Made by a program: the position numbers and the translations under genes. Below the pieces are notes generated by a model, which was given only the letters and a program-made list of their open reading frames with translations, was not told where the DNA came from and ran no database searches. Below, one piece after another: positions 1 through 12,899 of a DNA stretch of 64,000 nt (position 1 is the first letter of the stretch; every line of letters starts with the position of its first letter). The stretch covers positions 124,248,001 through 124,312,000 of the forward strand of contig OZ024745.1 of assembly GCA_964016885.1 (NCBI GenBank), given 5' to 3'. Source of the stretch: Eledone cirrhosa (lineage: Eukaryota).

Positions 1-98
1 TATACACATATATACGAGGGCAATACCAAAAGTAAGGTCTCCAAAGCGTTGGGGATGCAGAGAAACTGTTTGTACGGCTGTTGGCAACACTGTTGTGA

Positions 99-443
99 TT
101 GGTGCTTCCTTCACACCCAAACAAGCATGCACGTGCTTCGCTGGGATGCTCAATCTTGGCTTGGCAGCTGTTGAGAATGGAGCTCCCATTGAACGCTACT
201 GCCAAGTGCGAAGTTCGCGCAGTTATTCGGTTTTTGAATGCAAAAGGCATTGAATCGATTGAAATTCATCGCCAATTGACGGAAGTGTATGGACAGTCGT
301 GCATGGATGTCAAAAACGTTCGCAAGTGGTGTAGAGAGTTTACAGCCAGTCGTACTGAAATTCACGACGAACAAAGGAGCGGGAGACCGTCAATTTCCGA
401 TGAGACATTCGCAATTTTTCTGTTAAAATCCTGTGGACGGTGA
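99..443 (+). pseudogene. Mariner transposase N-terminal HTH fragment (left arm)
   Basis: The ORF has the mariner HTH motifs through RSGRPS, then runs out of homology at the fold-back junction (~407). Confidence 0.8.
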
Positions 444-837
444 TTCGGGAAACCTCAGGAACCAAAATGCAGAGAGTATCTAGAGTGATCCGCCAATCTT
501 TACGCATGTTTTCCTGAAACTTTGGAACTGTCTTGTCGGAAATTGACGGTCTCCCGCTCCTTTGTTCATCGTGAATTTCAGTACGACCGGCTGTAAACTC
601 TCTACACCCCTTGCGAACGTTTTTGACATCCATGCACGACTGTCCATACACTTCCGCCAATTGGCAATGAATTTCAATCAGTTCAACGCCTTTTGCATTC
701 AAAAAACAAATAACTGCGCGAACTTCGCACTTGGCAGTAGCGTTCAATGGGAGCTCCATTCTGAATGGCTGCCAAGCCAAGATTGAGTATCCCAGCGAAG
801 CGCGCGTATGCTTGTTTGGCATTGAAGGAAGCACCAA
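340..837 (-). pseudogene. Mariner transposase N-terminal fragment including the second HTH (right arm plus loop)
   Basis: Same motifs plus RKDWRITLDTL...VSRITVHRILTEKL. Truncated before the WVP linker and catalytic domain. Confidence 0.8.
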
Positions 838-1533
838 TCACAAAAGTGTTGCCAACAGCCGTACAACAGTTTCTCTGCGTCCCCATCGCTTTGGAGACGT
901 TACTTTTGGGATTGCCCTCGTATATATGTGTATATATATATATACAGATGTGTTGGTATCTGTGTTTCATCACATACATATTAATTTATACACTGCTCAG
1001 GGGGTATTTTTCCTCCTTCGAGCTGATTCCATTGTAAAAGAATTCATTACCTTATTAATTTTAACTGCTCCTAGTTTGAGCTGCAAGCCGCCTCATATAT
1101 ACGACTGTTATTTCTAGCAGTACGGTTATGAGACTAGTTAGATACTGTAAAGCCATGTGCGTCACGCAGTCTTTTAAATTATTTAGAAGTGAAGCATATC
1201 AATTTGTCTCTGGATGTTTACTGAGGAGAGCGGGACATGATATTCCTACACTTGTTTAACTCAAAACATATTTGGATCTTAAAGTCTAAACTTATCTACG
1301 GAACAGGTTTGATTTTGAAATTTAAATGTGTCTAAACATCACGGCCTCTTGGCAATACAGTTCGTCTCCGTTGATTTATTATTTTAAATCGATATGGACA
1401 AACTGTAGTATAATAATTAGTATACTTCAATCTGGCTAAATTTTTCTTTTGCAATATATATACAGATGTGTTGGTATCTGTGTTTCATCACATACATATT
1501 AATTTATATATATATATATATATTTACACACAC

Positions 1534-1567
<34 letters not shown>

Positions 1568-3837
1568 GCATACATACACACATATATAATATATATACAT
1601 ACATTTATATATATACAATGTGCATACCTACACTATTTTGAATATGGATCTGTATTTATCTCTTTTTATATTCTGCTGAAACCTCATCTAATATGAGTTC
1701 ACGTTAAACAATTTTCACTATGAATGTCAGAAATCTAGTCTTTTAGAATTTGAAGAAGGATGAAAAATTACAAGTCAAAATGTTTTATTTAGTTTGAATA
1801 TTGTTGTTACTATATTTGTTGTTGTTGTTTATCTCTAGGGCAGCTCTTAAAAAACAGAAATCTGTGATCAAAAACATTTCAAGTATGATACGCTATGTCT
1901 AAAATGAAGATGAGTTTATTTCAATTTACTTTATCCACTCTGTTTTGTTTTTATTAAGATGATAACCCATGTTAGTGTGGAAGATAGACGTTAAATGATG
2001 ATGATGATGATGATGATAGAATGTGATTAAAGAGAGATTTTGTTTCTTTTTCTTGCATTTTGAACCAGCACATAAAATCTCTTGAACTGACTTGTTGAAA
2101 TTAAAATTTATTAAAAGTACATTACTTGACATTTTTAGTCATAATATTAAAATACTGAAATTAGAATTAAAATATGCATAAAATAACACAGTCTGTTTAA
2201 ACAGAAACAGGAAAACAGATTTCTAAGCACAACTTTCAAAGAAACTCTTGTGTTTCCACAAAGTTTCAATTGTCTGAGAAGAAATATCTAATTGTGATGT
2301 AAACATTACTTTGTTATTTAAATTTCACGTCCAAACCTTTGATCTGACCAGATAACTACCTCACTCCAACTATTTAATGTATTATAAATCAAGTCATTGT
2401 GACAGTTGCTCAATCAGCTAAAGATAACAACCAAATCTCTGTCAAATAGCTCTTTTAAAATGGTCGCATTGAACAATGTAGTTTCGGGGAGCACTGTGTT
2501 TAAATAAAAATGTGATTTCCCGGGTGGCAATGTTTTTGATCATAGGTCTGCTTCATTAAGACCAACATGGAACTAAATAACAACTTAAATATAGCAAAAT
2601 AAATAAACAAAATAACAACTTAAATAAACAAAATTACAGCAGTAATAGATATAAATATAAAATGTAAGTTTGGCAAAAGAGATAGAAATAATTAAATTGA
2701 TTCTTCAAGAAATAAACTAATTAGGATTTATTTTTAATTGGGATGAAAATGTGAACATAATAGATCATGAGTTTCTATTAAGAATAAAAGAGAAGGGATT
2801 TAAACTGGTAAATAAAATCACTGCACTAAAATATTTGCAATGCAAAGAGATATATAATAGAGATTGCAAAAGCAGATAAGTACAGAATGAGTATTGGGTG
2901 ATATGTTAGAATTCTTGCTTTAGGGCTGATAAAAACATATCAGCAAGGTATTGGTTAAATAAAATCTTCTTATGCAAATAACACTGAGAGGATTTGCAGC
3001 AATTGAAACTCAGTAATTCAAGATGGAAGCAGATTTTGCTATAGATAAAAATAACCAATAACATTTGAAAATACTAGGAACATTCAATGGAAAAGAAAGT
3101 ATAAAGCAAGGTTTACTGGTGTATAGGAAACCTTTCAGACTAGTTCAGCTTGAAACAAAATTTTTTGTGTAGCAACAACTAGAAATCATTCTGACATCAA
3201 TAAATTTATTTATAAATGCTAATTTCTGTAGTATCTTGGAATCAACATCTCAGAGAATCTTAATGTTTAGAAAAAATTGAAAATTGTTGGTAAAATTATA
3301 TGCATAAATGTTGAAATTCGTGAGGAAGAAATTTATTATTTGAAATTTATAAAAGTAAACCTGGATCAAATTTAAAACTAGTGATAGAATATTTTATTTT
3401 GCTTTGTATTCTGTTATGATCTGATCTGATACGATATTTGTATGATGTCAGAAAGTTGTGAGAAAGTAATAGAATAGATAACAGTGTAATGAAGTAATGA
3501 GGTCCAACTACAGGAGCTTGGGCTGGTATGTGTTGACAATTACCTCCATTTCACTCCAATTCAAAACATTACCCTTTCTTTTTCTTCACATATAACTAAA
3601 TTATTCTATTTGTGAATTTTGTTTACAATAACAACAAACATTTTGAAGCTATTTTCCCAGCTAAAGCATGCATTAGCCTTGTGGACCCCAAGACAAATTT
3701 CTCTGTTTTGCCCTTTCCTCTCATTCATTCCCTTCTCTATCATCCTTTATCATGTCTTTCCTGGTCTTTCCCTTCCTCTATTTCCTTCCACTATCACGGA
3801 GATGAGCCATCCTCACCATTCAACATGTTTCCAAGAA

Positions 3838-4268
3838 ACAAGGCCAACAATTTTGGGAGAGGGGAAGTCAATTAAAGTTGACCCAGTGCATTACTGGTAC
3901 TTTATTTTATCAACCTCATAGGGATTTAAGGCAAAGCTAACCTCAACAGGATTTGAACTCAGAATGTAAAGGGACGAAACTTTATGCTGAAAAGCATATT
4001 GTGCAATGTTCTACCGATACTGCCAATTCCCCATCCTACATGTCTCCAAGATACTGATTTCTAGTATAGGCACAAGGCCAGTAATTTTGGGGGAGCGGAA
4101 AGTCAATTAAATCGACTCCAGTATGTTACTGGTGCTTTATTTTATCGACCCCGTAAGGATGAAAGGCAAAGTTAACCTCAGTGGAATTTGAACTCCGACC
4201 GTAAAGGGCCGTAACTCTATGCTGCAAAGCATGGTGTCCGACTCTCTACTGATACTACCAATTCACCC
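3838..4268 (-). mobile_element. Two adjacent copies of tRNA-derived SINE family A (3838-4033, 4054-4268)
   Basis: On the minus strand: A-box-like TGGCAGTATCGGT, B-box GAGTTCAAAT, body CTTTCATCCTTACGGGGTCGATAAAATAAAGTACCAGT, tail GGCCTTGTGCC. Confidence 0.85.
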
Positions 4269-5354
4269 TACATGTATCCAAGATAATAAAACATTTTCTT
4301 AGCTTCCATCTCCACAGTGTGTTAATTATGTATTTAGGGCGGTGGATTGGCAGTATCAATAGTGAGTGTGAGTATTTGTTTGTATTGTTGTAGCTGTGGG
4401 GTTTTAGTTTACTACTTTTAGTGTGAAGGGGTGTGTTGTTGAGGTTATGGTGTATGGGTGCATCACCCCTCACCCTGCATATGTGTGAGCATGTGGGTGA
4501 ACAAACGAGGGGAGGCTTAAAGGGAAACGGGGGTGTTGTGTGTGCTTACTATGTGTGGGGAGGCCTGTGATAGAGCTATGTGCATGTGTGTTTTGCACAA
4601 GTGTGATGTATACACCTATGTATTCGTCTTATTAATGATGTGGCTGTGTGTATGCATTCTACAAACACACTCACGTAAAAACCCATACCCATGCACCCTA
4701 TGCATTCACGCATATTCACACACCTAAACACACACACAGTCACACAAAATAAAGCAATGCCATGCCGTTGTACCCACATACACACTCACATATTCAACAT
4801 TACACTTAACCCCTGCACCAACGAATGCACCCAGAGCACAGGAGTACACAGTCCCACTCACAAACTTCTGCCAGCCCATGTGCTCCGTGCAAGTCATGTC
4901 TGAGGGGCATTTGTGCTCTGTGAGTATATTCATGCTGTTTGCAATGGGTATGGTACACGTATTTGTGTGCATCGTAGGTCTGTGTCAGGGGCATTGAGTA
5001 GATTTTGGATTCAGGTTGAGCGAGCATGAACCGGGCTTGAGTGCTCACTCCAGTGACTAGTTACATGTGTTCTGCATCAGCAGTTGGAGAGGTGCATGTC
5101 TATGTGTGTGAGTATGTGTGTGTATGCGTGCGTGCATGTACAGAATAGTTGTTATTCATCTTACCCTCCAAGATTTAGCAAAGGTCTGAGATAGTGGAAA
5201 GACTTGTAAATCCTATTTTGCAGGAAGTGACAAATTTACTCTGTTGGGCAGTCATTTGTTGGCCAGCAAAATGTGTAAGTAATGTGCCAATTATACCAAG
5301 TAATAGGATTACCCACCTTACTGTCTGGATCAGAGGCATAAACATAAAAAAAAA

Positions 5355-5903
5355 TCATCATCAATATTTAATGTCTATTTTCAACGCTAGCATGGGTTAG
5401 ACGGGTTGTCCCATTAGAGGCAAATTGGGTCAGGTGACCATGTCTTGCTCATACAGAACTGTTTATAGCTTTTTTTATGGCTGGATGCTCTTCCTAACAC
5501 CAACCACATTTACAGTGTGTGGCTAGGTGCTTTTTGTCATGACACCTACACAACCACTGTACAGTGTGGACTCGATGCATTTTGTCATGACACCTACACG
5601 ACCATTTTACAGTGTGTGCTGGGTGCTTTTTGCCATGACACCTACACAACCACTTTACAGTGTGGGCTGGGTGCTTTTTGTCATGACACCTACACAACCA
5701 CTTTACAGTGTGGGCTGGGTGCTTTTTGCCATGACACCTACACAACCACTTTACAGTGTGGGCTGGGTGCTTTTTGTAATGACACCTATACAACCACTAT
5801 ACAGTGCGGGCTGGGTGCTTTTTGTAGTGACATCTACATGAACACTTTACAGTTTAGGCTGGGTGCTTTTTGCTGTGATACCAACACAACAACTTTACAG
5901 TGT
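5355..5903 (-). mobile_element. SINE family C copy (RTE-like 3' tail) with an expanded internal minisatellite
   Basis: Reverse complement of the TAGGAAG(G)GCATCCAGC...AACCCATGC...GACGTTAAATGATGATG consensus seen in other copies of the window. Confidence 0.75.
5510..5903. repeat. 48-bp tandem minisatellite, about 8 copies
   Basis: Unit TTTACAGTGTGGGCTGGGTGCTTTTTGTCATGACACCTACACAACCAC is repeated head-to-tail, and the overlapping ORFs show 16-aa periodicity. Confidence 0.95.
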
Positions 5904-6579
5904 AAGAGTTGTGTGATTAGAGGTGGTTGGGGTGTTAGAGCATGGGAGGTGAGGGAGAGGGATAAACTTCTGATGTACTACAATTTAAGACTTTACATCT
6001 GGATAATTATTGTCATGATCAACAAAAAATCTGTAATGGCGTTATGAACGATGTCTGATAAAGCTTTTGATCAAAATATGTTCTGGTAGATAAATTGCAA
6101 TAGTTGTTGATCATAGCAAATATGTCAGAATAAATTGAAGCTAAGACAGTATAAAATGTGTAAAGTAAAAACATCTATATAATGGTTAATGATATTGTAT
6201 CAGGGACACAGGAGGAAAAAGCGACTTCACTTATTAATTGATATCAACTTCATAAAAAATGAGATCTTCAAAAGAAACCAAACATTACATGAATAAACAA
6301 TAAAAGAGGTCATTGACCAGAATTATATGCTTTATTAATGTATTTCCCAGAAATATAAATTAGTATGAATCTGGATTGTAAACATTGATTATATTAGTGG
6401 TAATGTTGATAGTAATGGTGATGTTATTTAGATATATAAAGATATACCGGCCTTCCAACTCACACACACACATATGCATATATATATATATATTATATAT
6501 TATGGAATACTGTTAGCTTTTCGCTACAATGTTTTCTATACCTTTCATTTATATATATGTGTGTGTGTGTGTGTGTGTG

Positions 6580-6900
6580 AAGGTGTATGGCTTAGTGGTT
6601 AAAGGTTGTGAATTCAATTCTCAGACCATGTGAAGCGTTATGACCTTGAGCAAAACATTTTATTTCATGTTGCTACAGTTTACTCAGCTGTAGAGATGAG
6701 TTGCGACATCACTGGTGACATACTGTATTGGCCTTTGCCTTTCCCTTGGACAGCATCGGTGGCATGGAGAGGGGGAGACTAATATGCATGGGAAACTGCT
6801 GGTCTTCCACAAACAACCTTGCCCAGACCTATGCCTTGTAGGGGAACTTTCTAGGTACAAATCCCATGGTCATTCATGACCGAAGGGGGTCTTTACCCTT
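6580..6900 (+). mobile_element. tRNA-derived SINE family B
   Basis: Head TGGCTTAGTGGTT...GAATTCAATTC. Central CCTTGAGCAAAACATTTTATTTCA...ACTCAGCTGTAGAGATGAGT. Colinear with the copy at 38852. Confidence 0.8.
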
Positions 6901-7399
6901 TACATACTATATACATATATACTACTTTCTTGTAAAATGTGGTGTAATAGCAAATTTAATCTAAAATAGAATAATAAAGAAAAACATTTCAATTGCCTGC
7001 AACCTCTATTAAAATGTTCTCAGTTGTCTTGTCACTCTTCCTCCCCTCAACCATACTGTGCCCAACCCTACAGTCCCTGCACTAACGACTATGCTCAGGT
7101 CTTCTTACCTACAGTATTGGTCTTCTGAAATTCCCCTTATGGTTATGCCTTTCCAAAAGAAGTGGACTTACAACAGTTTAAGCAGGAAATTGGCAGCAAT
7201 TCTTTTGATTTTGGAAGGCCCCTTTGATCCAGATGTACCAATTAAAAAAATGTATCCATAGCAATGCTTGAAAAGTTACATAAAAAAGTAAACTAGCACC
7301 TAAATATTTTGTTAGAATAAATAATGTTTTGGTTAATTTAAAGAATTGCAACCCAGTAACATTTTTCACGTTTTCTTTACCATACATGATGGTAAAAGT

Positions 7400-9490
7400 G
7401 TCAATTAGCTCAGTTTTCTCTCTACCTTTCCAATCATTGGCAAACAGAAGTTTTGAAGAGAAGACAAATTTTATCATTCTCAGAAAAGAAAAAAACCAAA
7501 GCTTGAACTGAAAATAAAAATAAAAAGTGGGCAGCAAAAAATGCTATTGTTATTTTGATTCAAAGTATCATGAACCATATGAATGGATGACAGAATGCCC
7601 TATTCTGACCAAAATGTTTTGTTTTCCTCCATGTCAGTTATTTTGTCAACTTAAGAACTCGTGAAAAACCAGCAGCTACTGCGATTTAAACAATTTGATT
7701 ACTACAGCTTTGACAAAAACACAAAAAATCTCAGAATCATCTGAATGCTGTAATTGTTCTGAAAACGTTTGTCTGACAAGGAATTGATACAGCGATTTAC
7801 CACTGGAAAGCATATTTGATTTAGTAGCATAATACAACAGATCAGCTGAGAAAAATTGAAATTTTTGTCTGTCAAGAATTACCATTCCAAGGACACGATG
7901 AAACAAAAGGACCAAACAATAAGGGTAATCTGGCTATATTTGAAGCAGTTGTAGAAGACAATGATTGTTTAAGATTACATTTAGATTTCGTGAAGACAAA
8001 TTCTAACTGTGCATTTCCTGGACTTTTAAGAGATATTCCAAATGAGATCATTACTTATGTAGCTGCTACTATTGGAGGTGAACTTAAGACAATAATAAAA
8101 AAAACATCATTTGTTGCTGTGATGTTAGATTAGACTACGGATCATCATATGAAATCTCAGTTGTCACGTGTTTTGCCATTTGTTGATGAGAAGGAAAATC
8201 CTCAAGAAAGGGTTTTGATGTCAGTATAGATAGAAGAGCTGCATCGCTGACATAAGTTCAAAAATGTGTTAATGGATTCAACTGTGGCCAAATATTAACT
8301 TATGATGGAGTGAGCATGATGGCTGGGCATTTGAACTGAGTGCAAGCAAGAATATGGAGATTTTTGGTGTGAATGTCATATTTGTATATTGTTATACACA
8401 TTCACTTAATCTGGTGCTCTCTCAAGCAACTTCAAGTATTCGTGAATGTCGAATTTTCTACCAAACTTTAAAAGTTTTTCTCAAAGTTGATGATTTGAAT
8501 AGCATTACTGGATGAAATCGTTGGAAGGTGATTTACAAAGTTATCTGTGATATGTTGAAATGATTTATCTCGACAAGTATCCATTTTGTCTGACAAAATT
8601 ACTGATCCCTGAGCAATTTTGAACCATATTAGAAAACCCAGAAGATTGGAATGCTTCAGAATTGACATAGGTAATGGGATTCATTTCACTTCTATTAAAA
8701 TCTTTATTAGTGGTTTTTGAAACCATACTGAATAGCTCAGAAATTCTGTTTTTGATTTCTACAAACAGTTTGCTTGATATTTTGAGTTGTATCTGTAGGG
8801 TTGAAAACTTAAAAAAACAATTGGTTGATATCAAGAACAATAAGTTTGAGGAATATTACTTCTGGGTTCTGGAGGGTGATGCTGAACAACCAGAAAAGCT
8901 TGGCCAAAGTTAAGAACCAGAAACTGTTTTAAGAACATTTTAAACAACAATTTTAATTAAATCATTTTTCACATTGAACAAAGATTTAAAACAATGGGAG
9001 GGTTCAGATTTGTTGAATTGTTGAATTCAAAGATTTTTCACATCTATGAAAAAAATGTTTTAATGAAGCGTTTTCATCTTTGGATGTCTATTTAAGCATA
9101 TTGGATTTGGATGGATTGAAATGTGAGCTGAAATTAGTTTCTGCTGCAGAATTTACAGAGCAAACGTCAATCATCCAAGAAGTTGTAGACATTATATGGG
9201 AACTTGAAGTAAACCAAGCTCTGGCAGAAACAACAAAATTACTACTTCTGGTTCTGACCATACCTGCCACATCTGCATCTGGTGAGGGATCATTTTCTTC
9301 ATTAAAGCAAGTAAATAATAATGAGGTGTTCTTAAAGTGATGAGAGATTGAGTAATTTCGTTTTCCTTGACATGAATAAAGACCTTTTTGAAAAAGATAA
9401 AGGTAGAACGTGGTGTTAATATATTTTATAGCAAAGTGATCGATCAATTTGTCAAAAAGAAATGAAGAATTGAACTAATTTAGAAATAGA
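7400..9490 (+). pseudogene. Decayed hAT-superfamily (ZMYM1-like) transposase
   Basis: Ordered motifs across stops and frameshifts: FCFP/CQLF (~7615-7645), MLD*TTD (~8122), YDGVSMMAG (~8301), YCYTHSLNLV (~8386), and the hATC dimerisation motif LTIPATSASGEGSFSSLK (~9253-9306). Confidence 0.85.
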
Positions 9491-10411
9491 TTTTAAATAT
9501 CTCATTATTTGTAGGTTTGATTATTTTCTTAGATTTCTCTCATCATGGTAGCCAGTAACAAAGGTATTACTAATGGGAATGGGGCGTGGCATCAAATCTA
9601 GTGGAGAGGGGTGTGAAGCCTGAAGCATGGCCTGTTGGTGGAAGTGCATTATTTCACATTAAAATTAGTTCACATCATATCCCCAGATGGGAGTGGGGTG
9701 AATACTTTTCTGAGTGCGGGGGAGTAAGGTTCCACTGACTTATTTTCTGCTATGGTGATTGGCCTGCATCATTGACTGCATGCTCTGCTTTCCAAGTAAC
9801 TCTTCATCACTATTCTATGTCTGTGTGTGTGCACACGCATGTGTATATGATTGTATGTGACTATCATTTACTCATGTCTAGCATGTACAAACACACAAAA
9901 ATCCAGTAAATACAATGAAACATATTGGAAAGTAGTAACAGATATCCAGGAAAATATGTCCCATGACAAAAAAACAAAACAATACACGTAAATAATATTA
10001 ACAAAAGCAACAACAACAACAACACCAACAACAACAAGCAACAACAACAAAAGCAACAAAGGAAAACAACAGTAAAGAGATAACAAATCGATATGAACCT
10101 GAATCAGCAAATAAAGATAGTTGTCTAAGATGGTGGTGACTAAATCGATAGTTTATGGTCTTGTTTTATGGAGCTCTGTCAGACTGCATAATTACAGCTG
10201 GGAATTGACCAAATAAGATACATATACCATCCTGTGTTGAATTATTACAACCATTCCTCATGTAATCAATGATACACTGAATATAATGAGTTTATACGTG
10301 ACAGCTAATCTAAGGCTTGATTGGTCTACCATATGTGTGACTCTTTATCACGTTTGCATTATATACATACATATACACACTCACACACAGACTGCATAGG
10401 CACACTATATA

Positions 10412-10473
<62 letters not shown>

Positions 10474-10648
10474 CAACTAGAAATTGATTGACATATATAT
10501 ATATAAAATAAACATATGAAACAATAACATGGGATAATTTGTAAAGTGTGTAAGCCTACACAGCTAAGTAGGTAACCAATCTACAGTGTAACCATCTACA
10601 GTGGATATGGTGCATGTCTCTCAGACATGACACCCTTAATTTAATTTT

Positions 10649-10698
<50 letters not shown>

Positions 10699-11549
10699 GT
10701 GTATGTGTGTTTATGTATACATATTCCCCTGGAAATTTATTTAGAACTAACAGCGATATTCACTGTTGCCCATGCGTTGAATATGTAGAAACATAGATTT
10801 TTCATTCAACATAAATGATACTAGCTAGAAAAGCAGACGATAAATGATAATGATGATGATGATAATAATGATGATTCAATAGAAAGTATTTTAAGTACAT
10901 TCTTTTTGTGTGTAATTGTATTTACATCCATTTTATTATCATAAAGGATTTTGTGAAAAATGTGATTATTGTTTATTTTAATTTTGTGTCTCAAGGAAAC
11001 CCTATCAATGTTTCTTATTTTGTATATCTTGAAAGCCTACATTGATATACAACACAGGAAGCAGGTGCATTTCTCTCTGAAGTGTGTTTTATTCAGCAAA
11101 AGATCACGTTTCATTTTGGGGTTTGGTGCTCTGATGAAAAGAGAATTTTTTTCTCTAACACATGAGCAACATAGAGTTGACAAATAAAAAAAGTCACACT
11201 TGACTGTTCAACTCCAGCAATCTTAAGAGAATGTCTTTGGGACTTGTTGATCCTAGAAAATGATAGAATCACTGGAAACTGAAGGTTCTTGAAATAAAAT
11301 AGTTTATATGATAGAAATATGAGGAATCGCTAGAACATCAGACGAAATACCTTATGGTATACTTTTACATTTTGAGCTTAAATGTTAGATAGGTCAACTC
11401 AGCTTCCATTATTCCAAGGTCAATAAATTATGTACCAGTCAATAAAATAAATATTTGAGTAGAGAGTTATTGACAACTATGCTACTTTGCATAATTTAGA
11501 GTATATCATTGAAGGTGATATACTTAGTATGGCCATAGTTCAATTATAG

Positions 11550-11880
11550 AAATCAGTGTTAGGAAGAGCTTCCAGCTGTAGAAACCATGTCAAAATGGTT
11601 CAGAGGACTCTTCTTTTATGACTTGATAACCTATTAGGTGCTGGTGCCCAGACAAATGCACACAGTACACTGTAAGACTGTTGGTGATTGAAGGGTATCC
11701 AACTGTAGAAGCTATGCCAAAAGAGAACAGAGGACTCTTCAGCTGTGTTAAGAGGATGACAACCTCTCTGGTGTTGGTGACACAATAAAATACACCCAGT
11801 ACACTCTCTAATGTGGTTGACGATTCAGTCTGTGAATACCATCCAACTAGCAGGAAAAGCAGATGTTAAATGATGATGAT
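11550..11880 (+). mobile_element. SINE family C copy (degenerate, internally duplicated)
   Basis: TTAGGAAGAGCTTCCAGCTGTAGAAACC, a second CACACTGTAA...GAAGGGTATCCAACTGTAG block, and a tail GATGTTAAATGATGATGATG. Confidence 0.6.
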
Positions 11881-12070
11881 GTATAAAAGAATATATAGAT
11901 AATAAAACTTCTAAAGCTAGATCATATGGTATCCACATTACAACAATATATCTTTAACATTTCATATCCACTTTGTGAAGTATACATGTTATGATAAAAG
12001 ATGATAACAGCTGTTCAGATGATCTATTTATCCAGTTTTTACTATAGTTTAAAATTGAGCAAAATAATGA

Positions 12071-12280
12071 TTTCTACTATAGGTACAAGGCCAGCAATTT
12101 TGGAGGAGGGGAAGTCTATTAAATCGACCCCAGTGCATTACTGGTGTTTTATTTTATCAACCCCATAAAGATGAAAGGCAAAGTTAACCTTGGCAGGATT
12201 TGAACTCAGAACATAAAGAGCTGTAACTCTATGCTGCAAAATATGGTGTCGACGCTCTACCAAAACTACCAATCCACCAC
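12071..12280 (-). mobile_element. SINE family A copy with a 20-bp TSD
   Basis: Family A consensus flanked by AAAATTGAGCAAAATAATGA at 12051-12070 and 12290-12309. Confidence 0.9.
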
Positions 12281-12899
12281 GTTTTGAGAAAAATTGAGCA
12301 AAATAATGAAAATCAAAATCAAATACATGGAAAATATATAAATATGTTTTACACAATAGTAATCAAACTCAAGAAAATAATTTACAAACCATCTTCCAGT
12401 GCAACCAGTATAAAAGTATATATGAATTCTTGGACTTTATTTATTTGACTAAAATTCAGATCTGTAAAGAGATATTTGTCTTCATAGAAAAAATATAAAT
12501 CTGGTATAAGAATGATTTAAAAATCAACTTTCTCATGAACAAAAATAGAAAAACCTTTAAAGTGTTACAAAGAAACCAAAGATTTCTTCAAAGAAAGAAA
12601 GTCTAATTTGATTTCTGGTCAGGATAAAAATTATTTCTAAAAGTTTAGAAAATCAGAAACTTATCAACTCTTAAAAAAGCAACAATTTGAGTTCTTTAAA
12701 TTTTTTGGTGTTCTTTGAATTATCTATAATCTAAAATTTTAGTCAAAATATTGAATCGAAATACTCAAATTACAAATACTATCAATACCAGCTGGTGTGA
12801 ATATATCAATAATATCATGAACTGAAACTCTACTTTCCAAGAAACTATCTTTTAAAATAAATAAAAGAATGAACTACTGAAACTAAAAATTCATATAAA

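Larger units (their letters stand above)
15..920. mobile_element. Non-autonomous mariner (Tc1/mariner) fold-back derivative made of two inverted 5' halves
   Basis: Ends TA|CGAGGGCAAT...ATTGCCCTCG|TA give TA TSDs at 13-14 and 921-922. Arms 15-407 and ~530-920 are inverted copies. Both strands encode the mariner N-terminal HTH (EVRAVIRFL...EIHRQLTEVYG...VRKWCREF...DEQRSGRPS). No DDD catalytic domain is present. Confidence 0.9.

Noticed and set aside
2400-3500. Possible ancient LINE remnant (A-rich strand bias)
   Set aside because: No diagnostic motif could be read, so it is left unannotated.
4300-5140. TG-rich / CA-rich / TG-rich block as a coding region or defined element
   Set aside because: Low-complexity sequence with strand-switching composition. 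No recognisable protein motifs or termini could be supported.
5494-6047. 48-bp array as a CRISPR array or a Cys/His-repeat (metal-binding) protein gene
   Set aside because: Units are contiguous with no unique spacers, and there are no cas genes. The ORFs result from a 48-bp (multiple of 3) repeat inside a SINE.
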